Shown: one piece after another, positions 17,027 through 26,621 of the stretch
Numbering within the stretch: position 1 is the stretch's first letter
Layout: the number at the start of each line of letters is the position of its first letter
NCBI RefSeq assembly: GCF_050010295.1
Contig: NZ_JBEKLH010000001.1
Location: 443,358 to 475,357, forward strand
Direction: 5' to 3'
From: Methanoregula sp.
Lineage (GTDB): Archaea > Halobacteriota > Methanomicrobia > Methanomicrobiales > Methanospirillaceae
Length of the DNA stretch: 32,000 nucleotides
Position numbers and translations under genes: made by a program
The notes under the pieces: model-generated
Seen by the model: only the letters and a program-made list of their open reading frames with translations
Database searches by the model: none
What the model was told of the DNA's origin: nothing

Positions 17027-18216
17027 CACGCACACTCCTGCGTCCTTGCCACTTCGGCAACGTCCTTGTCCCCGCGGCCGGAGAGGTTGATGATAACAAT
17101 GTCGTTTTTATCAAAACGGTTCGCGTTTTGCATGACATAGGCTACCGCATGGGCTGATTCCAGGGCGGGAATAATTCCCTCAGTCCGGGAAAGGAACCGG
17201 AACGCATCGAGAACGTCAGGGTCGTTGACCGCGGTATAGGTCACCCGGTGACGGTCCCTGAGCATCGCGTGTTCGGGCCCTACTCCCGGGTAATCAAGGC
17301 CTGCGGATATACTATGGGTAGGGAGCACCTGTCCGTCAGTATCCTGCAGCAGGTAGGAGAGCGCCCCGTGCAGCACTCCCGGCTCCCCGGCGCACAGCGT
17401 GGCCGCATGTTCGCCGGTCTCTATCCCTTTCCCTCCGGCTTCCACGCCGATCAGTTCCACGTCGTCCCTGAGGAAAGGATAGAAGATGCCGATCGCGTTT
17501 GATCCGCCGCCGACACAGGCCACGATCGTATCCGGGAGCCTCCCCTCCTTGTCCATAACCTGTTTGCGTGTCTCTTTGCCGATCACGGCCTGGAAGTCCC
17601 GGACAATGCGGGGGTACGGGTGCGGACCTACCACCGAACCGAAGAGGAAATAGGTGTCCTGTACATGTGCCACCCAGTAGCGGAGCGCCTCATTGACGGC
17701 ATCCTTGAGGGTCCGGGTCCCGGATTTGACCGGGACAACCTTTGCTCCCATTAACTCCATCCGGAAAACGTTGAGTGCCTGCCGCTGCGTATCGAGTTCC
17801 CCCATATACACCTCGACGGACATGCCGAGCGCGGCTCCGACGATCGCCGTTGCCACGCCATGCTGCCCTGCACCTGTCTCGGCGATCAGCTTCTTCTTGC
17901 CCATGCGCTTTGCCAGCAGCGCCTGCCCAAGGGTGTTGTTGAGCTTGTGCGATCCTCCGTGCACGAGGTCCTCCCGCTTGAGGTAGACCCTGCACCCGAG
18001 TTCCCGGGAGACGTTCGCACAGAAGGTGAGCGGGGTCTCCCTGCCGGCGTACTCTTTCTGGAGAGCTGCAAGATCGGCAGAGAACTTGGGGTCATTCTCT
18101 ATCTTTTCATAGGCTGCTTCGAGTTCGAGCAATGCGCTCATCAGTGTCTCCGGGACGTATTGCCCGCCATATTTTCCGTATCGTCCTTTCTGTACCATGT
18201 TCAAAAACTCCTGCAT
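17026..18216 (-). CDS. trpB: tryptophan synthase beta chain
   Basis: 396 aa with the PLP-Lys region [12 protein letters not shown] and the GGGSNAIG motif. Confidence 0.95.
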
Positions 18217-18773
18217 GCAGCGATAAACGCCCGTATTTTCCCGTGGTCCTTGATTCCCGGCGACACTTCAACCCCGCTTGCTACATCCACCGCGTACGGG
18301 TGCACCCGCCGGATCGCGTCGCGGACATTTTCTGCAGTCAGCCCCCCGGCAAGGATTACCGGGACTTTCGACCTGCAGACGATCTCACCGGCTGACGCGG
18401 GATCGAAAAGTTTTCCCCCCCCATGGCTCTCATCGATGATGATCGCATCACAGTCCACTGGAATGGGGTCGCCGTGTGGGACTACGCGGATGACCTTCAC
18501 GCCCGGATTCTGCCTGAATATAAACGGATGGAAGATCTGGATTGCCGTGGGGTGCAGATCGAGGATCTCCTCGAGATCTTCTTCAGATGCTGTATGGGTA
18601 ACTGCAACCCGTGCAACAAACGGGCCTACTGCCTCAAAAATCTCACGTGCCTTTTCCAGCGGTACCGAACGCTTTGATTCACTGAAGAGCACAACACCGA
18701 TCGCATCGGCCCCGGCCTCTTCGGCAAAACATGCGTCTTCCGGGCGGGTGATCCCGCAGATCTTTACGCGCAT
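18201..18773 (-). CDS. trpF: phosphoribosylanthranilate isomerase
   Basis: 190 aa. [14 protein letters not shown] is the canonical TrpF N-terminus. It overlaps trpB by 16 nt. Confidence 0.9.
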   Translation of the reverse strand: MRVKICGITRPEDACFAEEAGADAIGVVLFSESKRSVPLEKAREIFEAVGPFVARVAVTHTASEEDLEEILDLHPTAIQIFHPFIFRQNPGVKVIRVVPHGDPIPVDCDAIIIDESHGGGKLFDPASAGEIVCRSKVPVILAGGLTAENVRDAIRRVHPYAVDVASGVEVSPGIKDHGKIRAFIAACRSF

Positions 18774-19525
18774 ACGAACTCCTCCAGTTTTTTTCTCGGC
18801 TGTTTATGGGCCATGATTGAAGAGCCGATCAGGAACGCATCGCAATAGGGTTTCATCTCCCGGATGTCGTCGGCTGACCGCATCCCGCTTTCGGAGACCA
18901 CCAGTTTTCCCGCTTTCCGGAGTTCCTCCGAAAGAAAGCGGGTGGTCGAACGGTCAATAGTCATGGTCGCCAGGTCCCGGTTGTTGATACCGACCAACAG
19001 TGTCTCTGTTGCAAGAGCGGCATCGGCTTCAGCCCGGGTGTGTACCTCCACCAGAGGTTCAAGGCCGTAGTTCTTGGCGAGATCCACAAATACCGGGAGG
19101 TGTTTCCCCAGCAGAGCGGCAATCAGGAGGACCGCATCTGCACCGAGAGCCCTGGATTCGGCGACCTGGCGTTCCTCAATGATGAAGTCCTTGCGGAGCA
19201 CCGGCAGGCAAACAGCACTCTTGACGCGATCGATATCCCGCCCTGTTCCCCCGAAAAAGTAGGGCTCTGTGAGGACCGAAATTCCGACACAGCCCCCTCC
19301 CGCAAGTTCGCCGGCCATCATCGCCATGTCAACGTTGCGCCGGATGACGCCACCACTTGGTGATGTGCACTTGATCTCGGCAATCACCGCGTTTTTGCCG
19401 TTTCTGTTCCGTATTGCACCTGCGAGGCTTGCTCCCCGGCAGGGTTTTTCTGTGGTCTCGGGAAATGACTCCGGCAGTCTGGCAACCCGTTTCCTGGTGC
19501 GCCGCACAATTTCGTCCAGTATCAT
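18764..19525 (-). CDS. trpC: indole-3-glycerol phosphate synthase
   Basis: 253 aa with the motifs [20 protein letters not shown] and INNRDL. Confidence 0.9.
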   Translation of the reverse strand: MILDEIVRRTRKRVARLPESFPETTEKPCRGASLAGAIRNRNGKNAVIAEIKCTSPSGGVIRRNVDMAMMAGELAGGGCVGISVLTEPYFFGGTGRDIDRVKSAVCLPVLRKDFIIEERQVAESRALGADAVLLIAALLGKHLPVFVDLAKNYGLEPLVEVHTRAEADAALATETLLVGINNRDLATMTIDRSTTRFLSEELRKAGKLVVSESGMRSADDIREMKPYCDAFLIGSSIMAHKQPRKKLEEFVCA

Positions 19526-20541
19526 GCTGCACTCCGGGTAGCCGTGACAAGTGCGTCCAGCCTGGCACGGGCCCTGCCTGAATCTATGGAGCTGGCAGCA
19601 CGCTGTATCCCCTCGTGCAGATCGCCGGCCCGCCCCCCGATATAGATCGCCGCTCCCGCATTCATCAGGACAATATCCCGCGGTGCGCCCCGTTCACCAT
19701 CGAATATCTCGCGGATGATCCGGGCATTTACTGCGGCATCTCCTCCGACCAGATCCTGAAGTACAGCGGGTGCAATACCAAAAGTGCCGGAGGTCAGGGT
19801 GAACGTGCGGGTCACTCCCCCGTCCAGTTCAGCAACGATAGTCTCTCCTGTTGTGGTGATTTCGTCCAGACCGTTCCCGTGGACCACCATGGCGCGGGAA
19901 AGTCCAAGGAGCCTAAGCACATCTGCGACCGTCCCCGTTAACCCGGGCCGGTAAACCCCGAGAACCTGGGCCTGTGCACCAGCAGGGTTCGCCAGCGGAC
20001 CGAGAAGATTGAAGACGGTCCGGCACCCGATCTCCTGCCGTGCTGCCATGACGTGTCGCATTGCCGGGTGGTGGCGCGGAGCGAAGAGAAACGCGATGCC
20101 TGCCTGTTCTACGATCTTTGCCTGTAATCCCGGCGCTACCGAAATATCCACTCCCATTTCGGTGAGAACGTCAGCAGATCCGCACGTGCTGCTCACGCTC
20201 CGGTTCCCATGCTTGACGATCGGCACTCCTGCGCCCGCTGCCACGAATGCCGAAGCGGTACTGATGTTAAATGTCCGGGTGCCATCCCCCCCGGTCCCGC
20301 AGGTGTCGACTAGCATCCCTTTGACCGACGGCCTAACCGGTATGGCATGCCTGCGCATCACTCCTGCAAACGCAGCAATCTCCGACGGGGTCTCGCCTTT
20401 CATGCGCAGAGCGAGCAGGAACGCCCCTATCTGCGCCTGAGACGCCCTGCCGTCCATGATGATATCCATGACCCCGGATGCTTCTTCAGTTGTCAGATCC
20501 TGGCGGTCTGCCAGCCGGTTGATGGTATCGCTGAACTTCAT
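19522..20541 (-). CDS. trpD: anthranilate phosphoribosyltransferase
   Basis: 339 aa with [16 protein letters not shown] and KHGNRSVSS motifs. ATGA overlaps occur at both ends. Confidence 0.95.
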   Translation of the reverse strand: MKFSDTINRLADRQDLTTEEASGVMDIIMDGRASQAQIGAFLLALRMKGETPSEIAAFAGVMRRHAIPVRPSVKGMLVDTCGTGGDGTRTFNISTASAFVAAGAGVPIVKHGNRSVSSTCGSADVLTEMGVDISVAPGLQAKIVEQAGIAFLFAPRHHPAMRHVMAARQEIGCRTVFNLLGPLANPAGAQAQVLGVYRPGLTGTVADVLRLLGLSRAMVVHGNGLDEITTTGETIVAELDGGVTRTFTLTSGTFGIAPAVLQDLVGGDAAVNARIIREIFDGERGAPRDIVLMNAGAAIYIGGRAGDLHEGIQRAASSIDSGRARARLDALVTATRSAA

Positions 20542-21119
20542 TGTCCGACTCCTGTCATACAGAGGAAATTTCTGATGATGCGGTCGCCATCCTGCGAGAG
20601 GATGCTCTCCGGGTGGAACTGGACACCTTCGATCGGGTACTTCGTGTGGCGTACACCCATGACATAGTTGTCTTCCATGCTCGTCGCAGTGACCACGAGT
20701 TCACCCGGGAGTGAATCCTCCCGGGCGACCAGGGAATGGTAGCGAGTAGCGGTGAACGGCGACGGGATGCCGGAGAAGATCCCTTTGCCATCGTGCCGGA
20801 TCTCCGAGGTCTTGCCATGCATCAGGTGCCGGGCGCGGACAACCTCCCCGCCAAACACCGTGCAGATGGCCTGGTGCCCGAGACAGACGCCCAGCGTGGG
20901 GATCGTTCGGCTCATGGTGTCCAGTACCTCAAGGCAGACCCCGGCGTCGAGGGGTGTCCCGGGGCCCGGAGAGAGGATGATCCGGTCGCACCCGCTTTTC
21001 TGCAGCCGCCCGAGCGGTGTATCACAGGTCATAACAACCGGGTTACCTCCGAGCTTGCCCACCTGCTGGTACAGGTTGAAGGTGAAACTGTCGTAACAAT
21101 CCACGATCAGCACTTTCAT
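20538..21119 (-). CDS. trpG: anthranilate synthase component II (glutamine amidotransferase)
   Basis: 193 aa from [18 protein letters not shown]. It has the class-I GATase motifs GVCLGHQ and HPES. The ATG at 21119 overlaps the trpE stop (ATGA). The ORF-track extension to 21185 lies inside trpE. Confidence 0.9.
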   Translation of the reverse strand: MKVLIVDCYDSFTFNLYQQVGKLGGNPVVMTCDTPLGRLQKSGCDRIILSPGPGTPLDAGVCLEVLDTMSRTIPTLGVCLGHQAICTVFGGEVVRARHLMHGKTSEIRHDGKGIFSGIPSPFTATRYHSLVAREDSLPGELVVTATSMEDNYVMGVRHTKYPIEGVQFHPESILSQDGDRIIRNFLCMTGVGQ

Positions 21120-22645
21120 TGGTATCCCCCCGACTGCTCGATCGCCCGCACCATTGCGGCTGCCTTGTTCTTTGTCTCGTTCCATTCGTTCGCCGGTACA
21201 GAATCTGCGACGATTCCGGCGCCCACCTGGATGTAGGCACGTTCATCCCGGATACGGATAGTCCGGATGGCAATTGCAAAATCGAGGTTCCGGTCAAACC
21301 CGATATAACCGACTGCGCCGGCATACAGGCCGCGGGCTTCTTCTTCCTGTTCATCAATAATCTGCATGGCCCGGATCTTCGGCGCTCCTGATACCGTGCC
21401 AGCGGGGAAACAGGACTTGAAGGCATCATAACAGTCGAGGTTGTCTCTCAGCACACCGTTCACGGTCGAGACGATGTGCTGGACATGAGAGAACTTTTCA
21501 ATATTCATGAACTCACTGACTTCAACGGTCCCGAACCTGCACACCCTCCCCAGATCGTTGCGCGCGAGGTCGACCAGCATCGTGTGTTCGGCCCGCTCTT
21601 TTTTGTCCTGAAGAAGATCATTGGCGAGCCGTTCATCTTCGTCCCTGTCACCCCCGCGGGGACGGGTACCTGCAATAGGAACCGTCGTGACCCGGCGTTT
21701 CTCCACGCGCACGAGCATCTCAGGGCTTGCCCCGACTATTTTCTCTTCACCGAAGTCAAGGTAATACATGTACGGGCTCGGGTTTATCCACCTGAGTGCA
21801 GCGTAAATCGAGAACGGGTCATGGTTCACGGGTACTTCCATACGCCGTGAGATAACCGCTTGGAAAATATCCCCTGCCGCGATATATTCCCTGACCTGCT
21901 CTACAGAACGCTCGAAGGCATCCTGCGCGACTGGCGAACTGAAATTCAGCGCAGCCGGATCTCCGTTGGCGTGACCGGGGTCCCGGATACTTCCTGCCGT
22001 GAGTCTGCCAATGATGCCTCCAAGGGCGTGGATCTTGGCCCTGCTCCTGTGATATTCCTCAGCAATGTCGGAATCGTAGGTAAGGAACGGGCTGGAAAAG
22101 ATGAATAATTTTTTATCCCGGTGATCGATAACAAGGCAGTCCTTTGCGAGCATGAAGCAGGCATCGTTCTCCATGCCGGTCTTATCAGGGCCCTTTCTGA
22201 CCCTTTTTGGGACTTTCTCAAACAGGGAATACACGCAGTCGTAGGCAAAATAACCGACCATACCGCCGAAAAATCTGGGGGCTTTGACGTTCATGTAGTG
22301 GAATCGCGATAAGATCGACCTGATCCTGTCCACAGGATTATTCCCCTCCGGATCACGTGCAATGGACACAAAGGGCTCATTCCCCCGGACCTCTATGGTC
22401 TCTCCGATGGAAACAACGCATTCCGGATCGATTCCGATAAATGAGTACCGCGCGAGTTTCTCACTTCCCTCCATGGATTCGAGCAGGAACCCGCATCCCG
22501 TCCGGGTACCGGTATAAATCTCAAGAGGCGAGATATCCGGGAGCGGCAGCTCGGCACAGAGGGGGATGACCAGCGGCCTGGGCTGGTTGCTTACTGCAAT
22601 GACAAATTCCTCAAGCCCGAGATTAAGATTCAGTTCTTGGTTCAT
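21116..22645 (-). CDS. trpE: anthranilate synthase component I
   Basis: 509 aa from MNQELNLNLG. It has the LLES motif (FLLESMEG), RYSFIG, and the chorismate-binding C-terminus (GAVGYIGF, GAGIVADS). The 104-aa ORF-track extension to 22957 runs through AT-rich promoter DNA. Confidence 0.9.
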   Translation of the reverse strand: MNQELNLNLGLEEFVIAVSNQPRPLVIPLCAELPLPDISPLEIYTGTRTGCGFLLESMEGSEKLARYSFIGIDPECVVSIGETIEVRGNEPFVSIARDPEGNNPVDRIRSILSRFHYMNVKAPRFFGGMVGYFAYDCVYSLFEKVPKRVRKGPDKTGMENDACFMLAKDCLVIDHRDKKLFIFSSPFLTYDSDIAEEYHRSRAKIHALGGIIGRLTAGSIRDPGHANGDPAALNFSSPVAQDAFERSVEQVREYIAAGDIFQAVISRRMEVPVNHDPFSIYAALRWINPSPYMYYLDFGEEKIVGASPEMLVRVEKRRVTTVPIAGTRPRGGDRDEDERLANDLLQDKKERAEHTMLVDLARNDLGRVCRFGTVEVSEFMNIEKFSHVQHIVSTVNGVLRDNLDCYDAFKSCFPAGTVSGAPKIRAMQIIDEQEEEARGLYAGAVGYIGFDRNLDFAIAIRTIRIRDERAYIQVGAGIVADSVPANEWNETKNKAAAMVRAIEQSGGYQ

Positions 22646-22784
22646 AGATTCAGGTTCCTGGTATAACTGCACATCATCTGATGTGGCATTTTCCTTCTTT
22701 TCAGATCGAACGGACCAGTTCCTACTTTGGATTTCATGATGGATCCGGCGGCCCCTGGATGATATCCTGTTTACAAATTTACTT

Positions 22785-22855
22785 TGTACATACTTATACA
22801 TTATTGTAATTTTTTGGATATTATTGCATTTTAATTTGCAATATTGTACAATATT
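22785..22855. promoter_or_regulatory. candidate trp operon operator/promoter region with two TGTACA boxes
   Basis: TGTACA occurs at 22785-22790 and 22845-22850. The second is the centre of a perfect 16-bp palindrome, AATATTGTACAATATT (22840-22855). ATTATTG[T/C]A[A/T]TTT is repeated at 22800-22812 and 22820-22832. Confidence 0.5.
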
Positions 22856-23001
22856 TATATGGGAAACTGCAGGGGGTCCTTCTTTACAGAAGAGGGAATA
22901 GTTCAGGCTGCAGCAATTTCGGGGTTTTTTCGAAAGAAACAAGAATAGCTCAAGCATACTACAGAACTGTCAATATCAGCCGGTCTGGCGGGGGGGTATC
23001 A

Positions 23002-24747
23002 GTGGACATACGTAAAAAGACCGTAGTAATTGTCTGTATCACTCTTCTGTGCCTGATCCTTGCCCTCTATATCTCGTCAGAAGTTATCGTGCTGGGCGGT
23101 TTTTCGAGGGTTGAGACGCAAAATGCCCAAAAAGAGACCAACCGTGTACTTGTCGCACTTGGCAATGACATAAACGCGCTTGATGCGGTGACATATGACT
23201 GGGCTTCGCGAGAGGATACAATAGCGTTTGTGACGGCCAACACTTCGGGGACTGAATGGTCCCGGCTCGACCCTGATACATTCGAACGGCTCGGGTTCAA
23301 TGAGATCCTGCTGTATAATTCCAGCGGCAGTCTCATATCGGGACAGGGATACGATCTCAATCGCCATACCCTGGTTCCCGTCCCGCCAGGCTTACATTCA
23401 CCGCCATCAGTGTATCTCCACCTGAAGTTCCAGAACGGGTCAAGTACCGGCATCATGGGGATTGCAGATTTTTCCGATGGCCCGATGATGATTGCGATCC
23501 GCCCGGTCTTTGCCGGCCGCGAAAACCAGCACGTGGCCGGATACGTCCTCATGGGTCGCTATATTGATACTACGGAGATCTCCCGGCTCTCCTCGCTGGC
23601 CCAGCTGCCGCTTGAAATGCACGGGTATAGTGCTGGGGATCTCCCCCAGGATTTCATCACCATACTACCGATGTTTCCGGCATCCTCCATACCGTTCATC
23701 CAGCGCGTGGGAAAAGACGCCCTCACCATCGATGCGCCGATCATCATTGAACCTATAAACAGCACTCAGCTTGGCGGATATTCACTCATACGCGATATAT
23801 CAGGTAAACCGGTACTTATCATCAAAGTCGGTATCGACCGGGGGATCTATGATCAGGGAAAATCTACCACGCTGTATTTTGTGGTCCTGCTCATCATTGC
23901 GGGCCTTGTCTTTGGTCTTGCCACACTCCTTCTGCTGGAAAAAACCGTATTGTCGAGGCTCGAGAGACTGAGCCGGGGAGTGAACGAAATTGGCAGAAAA
24001 CGCGATTTCTCCGCCCGGGTGCACATAGCCGGTGAGGACGAAATCGGGGGGCTCGCGGGCCGGGTCAACGGGATGCTCGAAGATCTCGAACAGTCCCAGA
24101 ACGTACTGCACGACAAGCTTATCCAGAGCGAGGAAAATTATCGTCTTTTTTTTAATAGTGTCACCGACCCGATCTGTGTGTGCCGCATGAACCCAGACAA
24201 CAGCCTTGGCAGGATTGTCGAAGTAAACGATGCCGCATGTGAAGTGCTGGGATACCAGCGTGCCGAGTTTCTGGAAATGCATCTTTCCGATCTGCTCCCA
24301 GGCGAAAGATCCGGTGGTGTAGATCTCCCGACTGAGATTCTGCAGTCGTTCGGGCATGTCATTTATGCAGGAGCTGTATCCACAAAAACCGGAAAACGTA
24401 TACCCGTTGAGGTCAATGCCCGGACATTTGACCAGTTCGGGCACCCTGCCATTGCGGTTATTGTCCGTGACATCAGTGAACGGGAAGAGATAGAGCATCT
24501 GAAGAAAGAAGCATTCCAGCAGATCGAGAAGAACCTGCAGGATTTTGCCGTCCTGAACGACCATATCCGCAACCCTCTCCAGGGCATCGTTGGCATCGCG
24601 GACATGATGGATGGTGCACCTGCACAAAAGATCATTACCTATGCCACGATGATCGATGAGATCGTAAACAGGATTGATCGCGGATATATTGAATCAGAAA
24701 AGATTCACGAATTTCTCAGAAAATACTATGGGATCGGGAAAAAATGA
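23002..24747 (+). CDS. membrane sensor protein: TM - CHASE4-like periplasmic domain - TM - HAMP - PAS - DHp-like H-box, with no HATPase domain
   Basis: 581 aa with a GTG start. Two TM segments flank a domain of about 260 aa (...DAVTYDWASREDTIAFV...). The HAMP-like segment is RLERLSRGVNEIG...GGLAGRVNGMLEDLE. The PAS segment is EENYRLFFNSVTDPI...VEVNDAACEVLGY. The C-terminus LNDHIRNPLQGIVGIADMM resembles a HisKA H-box. The protein ends 50 aa later with no N/G1/G2 boxes. Confidence 0.75.
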   Translation: MDIRKKTVVIVCITLLCLILALYISSEVIVLGGFSRVETQNAQKETNRVLVALGNDINALDAVTYDWASREDTIAFVTANTSGTEWSRLDPDTFERLGFNEILLYNSSGSLISGQGYDLNRHTLVPVPPGLHSPPSVYLHLKFQNGSSTGIMGIADFSDGPMMIAIRPVFAGRENQHVAGYVLMGRYIDTTEISRLSSLAQLPLEMHGYSAGDLPQDFITILPMFPASSIPFIQRVGKDALTIDAPIIIEPINSTQLGGYSLIRDISGKPVLIIKVGIDRGIYDQGKSTTLYFVVLLIIAGLVFGLATLLLLEKTVLSRLERLSRGVNEIGRKRDFSARVHIAGEDEIGGLAGRVNGMLEDLEQSQNVLHDKLIQSEENYRLFFNSVTDPICVCRMNPDNSLGRIVEVNDAACEVLGYQRAEFLEMHLSDLLPGERSGGVDLPTEILQSFGHVIYAGAVSTKTGKRIPVEVNARTFDQFGHPAIAVIVRDISEREEIEHLKKEAFQQIEKNLQDFAVLNDHIRNPLQGIVGIADMMDGAPAQKIITYATMIDEIVNRIDRGYIESEKIHEFLRKYYGIGKK

Positions 24748-24766
24748 TGCCTTCCCAATTCGATGG

Positions 24767-25138
24767 CTACTCAGTCCGGATGCCCCGTCCTTTCAATTCA
24801 TCAGCCTTCTTCCGGGAGCACTCCTCGCACCGGAACTCCGGCTCAGGATCATGCGTCTTGTCGTAATCTCCCGATCTGACCAGCCGGTACCCCCGGGCGG
24901 CCTTTCCGCAGTCAACACAGGTAATATTGTCCCTGACTTCCCAGTGTGTCAGCAGTGATTGCGATGTGAAGATGAACTGGTCCACCCAGAAAAAGATGAG
25001 GCCGCCGATCAGGTTTGCTACGATTGCGGCGACGAGCTGCCCCATGGATGCAAGAAGGATCCCGACCCCTGCCAGGATGGGAGTGCTTGCCTGCCACCTG
25101 AGCAGGTAGAGCCCATAGCGTTTACAATTGACCTGCAT
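24767..25138 (-). CDS. small membrane protein with C-terminal CxxC...CxxC zinc-ribbon
   Basis: 123 aa with two hydrophobic helices (GtrA-like look: LIGGLIFFWVDQFIF), then CVDCGK...CEECSRK. Confidence 0.55.
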   Translation of the reverse strand: MQVNCKRYGLYLLRWQASTPILAGVGILLASMGQLVAAIVANLIGGLIFFWVDQFIFTSQSLLTHWEVRDNITCVDCGKAARGYRLVRSGDYDKTHDPEPEFRCEECSRKKADELKGRGIRTE

Positions 25139-25265
25139 ACCAGTTGATCATGCAATCATCATAATACATGTTGTGCTGAAGTGCCCCGGTTCATGCCAAA
25201 AGACCGATGCTCAATACTATTATAGACGTCTTGATAAAACCTATACTGCATTTCCGGGAGACCGT

Positions 25266-25868
25266 ATGTGGCGATATCGTAAACAACCGCTTGGCTGGGT
25301 GTTCGTGTCACGGATGATGGGGATCATCAGTTTTTTAATTGCAGTAGTCCTTGCAAACATCCTTACGTACTATGTGTCGAACAAGGTGTTCCTTTCCGGT
25401 GTTCTGTTTCTCAATGAGAACTTCTGGCTCCTCATCCTCATCGGCATCATCTTTTTTGTCAGCGATATATTCGGGGCATTTCCCTTTCCCCTCAATCTGC
25501 CGTTTCCGATTATCAGGGCTATCGGGAGTGTCTTCTGTATCGCCTTTTTCCTGAAATTGTTCCAGTGGGTTGACACGGTTGCGTCAACAACGCTTTACCC
25601 GATGTTCTGGTATATCTCATTCATCATTATCCCGCTGGTGTTTCTCATCGTACTGGCAGGTGGCTATTATGAGATCATGCGGCAGCTCTGGTTGCAGTCT
25701 GGGACCGGTAGAAGCACCGATGCTCAGGTTGTGCATGAAAACCGTGAAGTCGCTCCTCCAGACCAGCCGGTATCAGATGCGAAGTCATGGGAAGATATCG
25801 GGGTGGAGTTTCGCATGATGCTTTACGATCTCCTCCACCGGTTCCGCCAGGAAATAAAGAGAAAATAA
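25266..25868 (+). CDS. hypothetical integral membrane protein (about 4 TM) with charged C-terminal tail
   Basis: 200 aa from MWRYRKQPLGWVF. The ORF-track extension from 25128 overlaps the divergent gene and the promoter region. Confidence 0.55.
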   Translation: MWRYRKQPLGWVFVSRMMGIISFLIAVVLANILTYYVSNKVFLSGVLFLNENFWLLILIGIIFFVSDIFGAFPFPLNLPFPIIRAIGSVFCIAFFLKLFQWVDTVASTTLYPMFWYISFIIIPLVFLIVLAGGYYEIMRQLWLQSGTGRSTDAQVVHENREVAPPDQPVSDAKSWEDIGVEFRMMLYDLLHRFRQEIKRK

Positions 25869-25950
25869 TGGCTCTGGAGAAATCCTATTTTATCGTGTGA
25901 TTCGCTTATATTCTTAAACGGTTATGAAGGTGACCCCCCTCTCTCAAGTC

Positions 25951-25972
25951 GAAGAACTCTGACGAGTTCTTC
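25951..25972. terminator. perfect 9-bp stem / 4-nt loop hairpin between convergent genes
   Basis: GAAGAACTC-TGAC-GAGTTCTTC. It lies between the stops at 25868 (+) and 26015 (-). A T-tract (TATTTTAT) follows the + gene stop. Confidence 0.4.
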
Positions 25973-26014
25973 TTAAGCCTGTTCTTACCTTCGGGAAGAG
26001 CAGTCTCCGGGAAA

Positions 26015-26275
26015 TTACCAGTCGGGGTTGTCTTCACGGAACTTTCTCTCTCTCGTTTCAAGCTCTTCAGCACTCAGGGAGGCAGGCATGCAGATGCACC
26101 GGTGTTCAATAAACACCCCTGCCTTGAAAACGCCTTGTTGTTCACCAGCCCGGCATGCTCCATAGGTTTCAGCATCCCAGTTATGGTAAACCTGCGGAAG
26201 ACCTTCGCTGGCAGCACATTCCCTTGCCTCTTTCCATGACCCTGCCATGTCTGCATATTTGCAGAGCGCCACCAT
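26015..26275 (-). CDS. small Cys-rich hypothetical protein (86 aa)
   Basis: MVALCKYADMAGSWKEAREC...GACRAG...HRCICMP has 6 Cys. A TATA-like TTTTCATATATT lies about 30 nt upstream of the ATG at 26275. The longer ORF-track version (to 26443) overlaps the upstream CxxC gene in another frame. Confidence 0.45.
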   Translation of the reverse strand: MVALCKYADMAGSWKEARECAASEGLPQVYHNWDAETYGACRAGEQQGVFKAGVFIEHRCICMPASLSAEELETRERKFREDNPDW

Positions 26276-26348
26276 GATGTTTTCGATGAGGGTACCAGAA
26301 TATATGAAAACCACAGGCAAATCTCTAAAAAAAGAAAAAATGATGAAA

Positions 26349-26528
26349 TTAGAACCGGGGTTTCCGGTGCTTGGGCAGGCAGTCCCTGCAGTAGACCGGC
26401 CGTCCTTCAGTTGGCTTGAAGGGGACTTCGCACTCTTTGCCACAGTCTGAACAGACTGTCTTTGTCATTTCTCTGGGACCGAAATTTCTCGGGCCACCAA
26501 AACTCTTTCTTTCCATTGTATTACTCAT
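26349..26528 (-). CDS. CxxC-x17-CxxC zinc-ribbon small protein
   Basis: About 59 aa (ATG at 26528, or 26516). ...FGGPRNFGPREM..VCSDCGKECEVPFKPTEGRPVYCRDCLPKHR matches the widespread CxxC-x17-CxxC small-domain pattern. Confidence 0.7.
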   Translation of the reverse strand: MSNTMERKSFGGPRNFGPREMTKTVCSDCGKECEVPFKPTEGRPVYCRDCLPKHRKPRF

Positions 26529-26621
26529 GCAGTTGTAATCTGCGTATATACATTTGACCATTCAGTATAAATACATCTGCATTATCTCATCTTTTTTTAT
26601 TCAAACAGTTATATAACGTCC

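Noticed and set aside
22646-22957. 104-aa N-terminal extension of trpE in the ORF track.
   Set aside because: It runs through the AT-rich promoter/operator region, with Lys/Asn/Ile-rich sequence and no similarity to TrpE N-termini. The conserved TrpE N-terminus begins at the ATG at 22645.
26276-26443. Longer (142-aa) version of the small Cys-rich ORF.
   Set aside because: It overlaps the well-supported CxxC-x17-CxxC gene on the same strand in a different frame, and a TATA-like box lies inside it.
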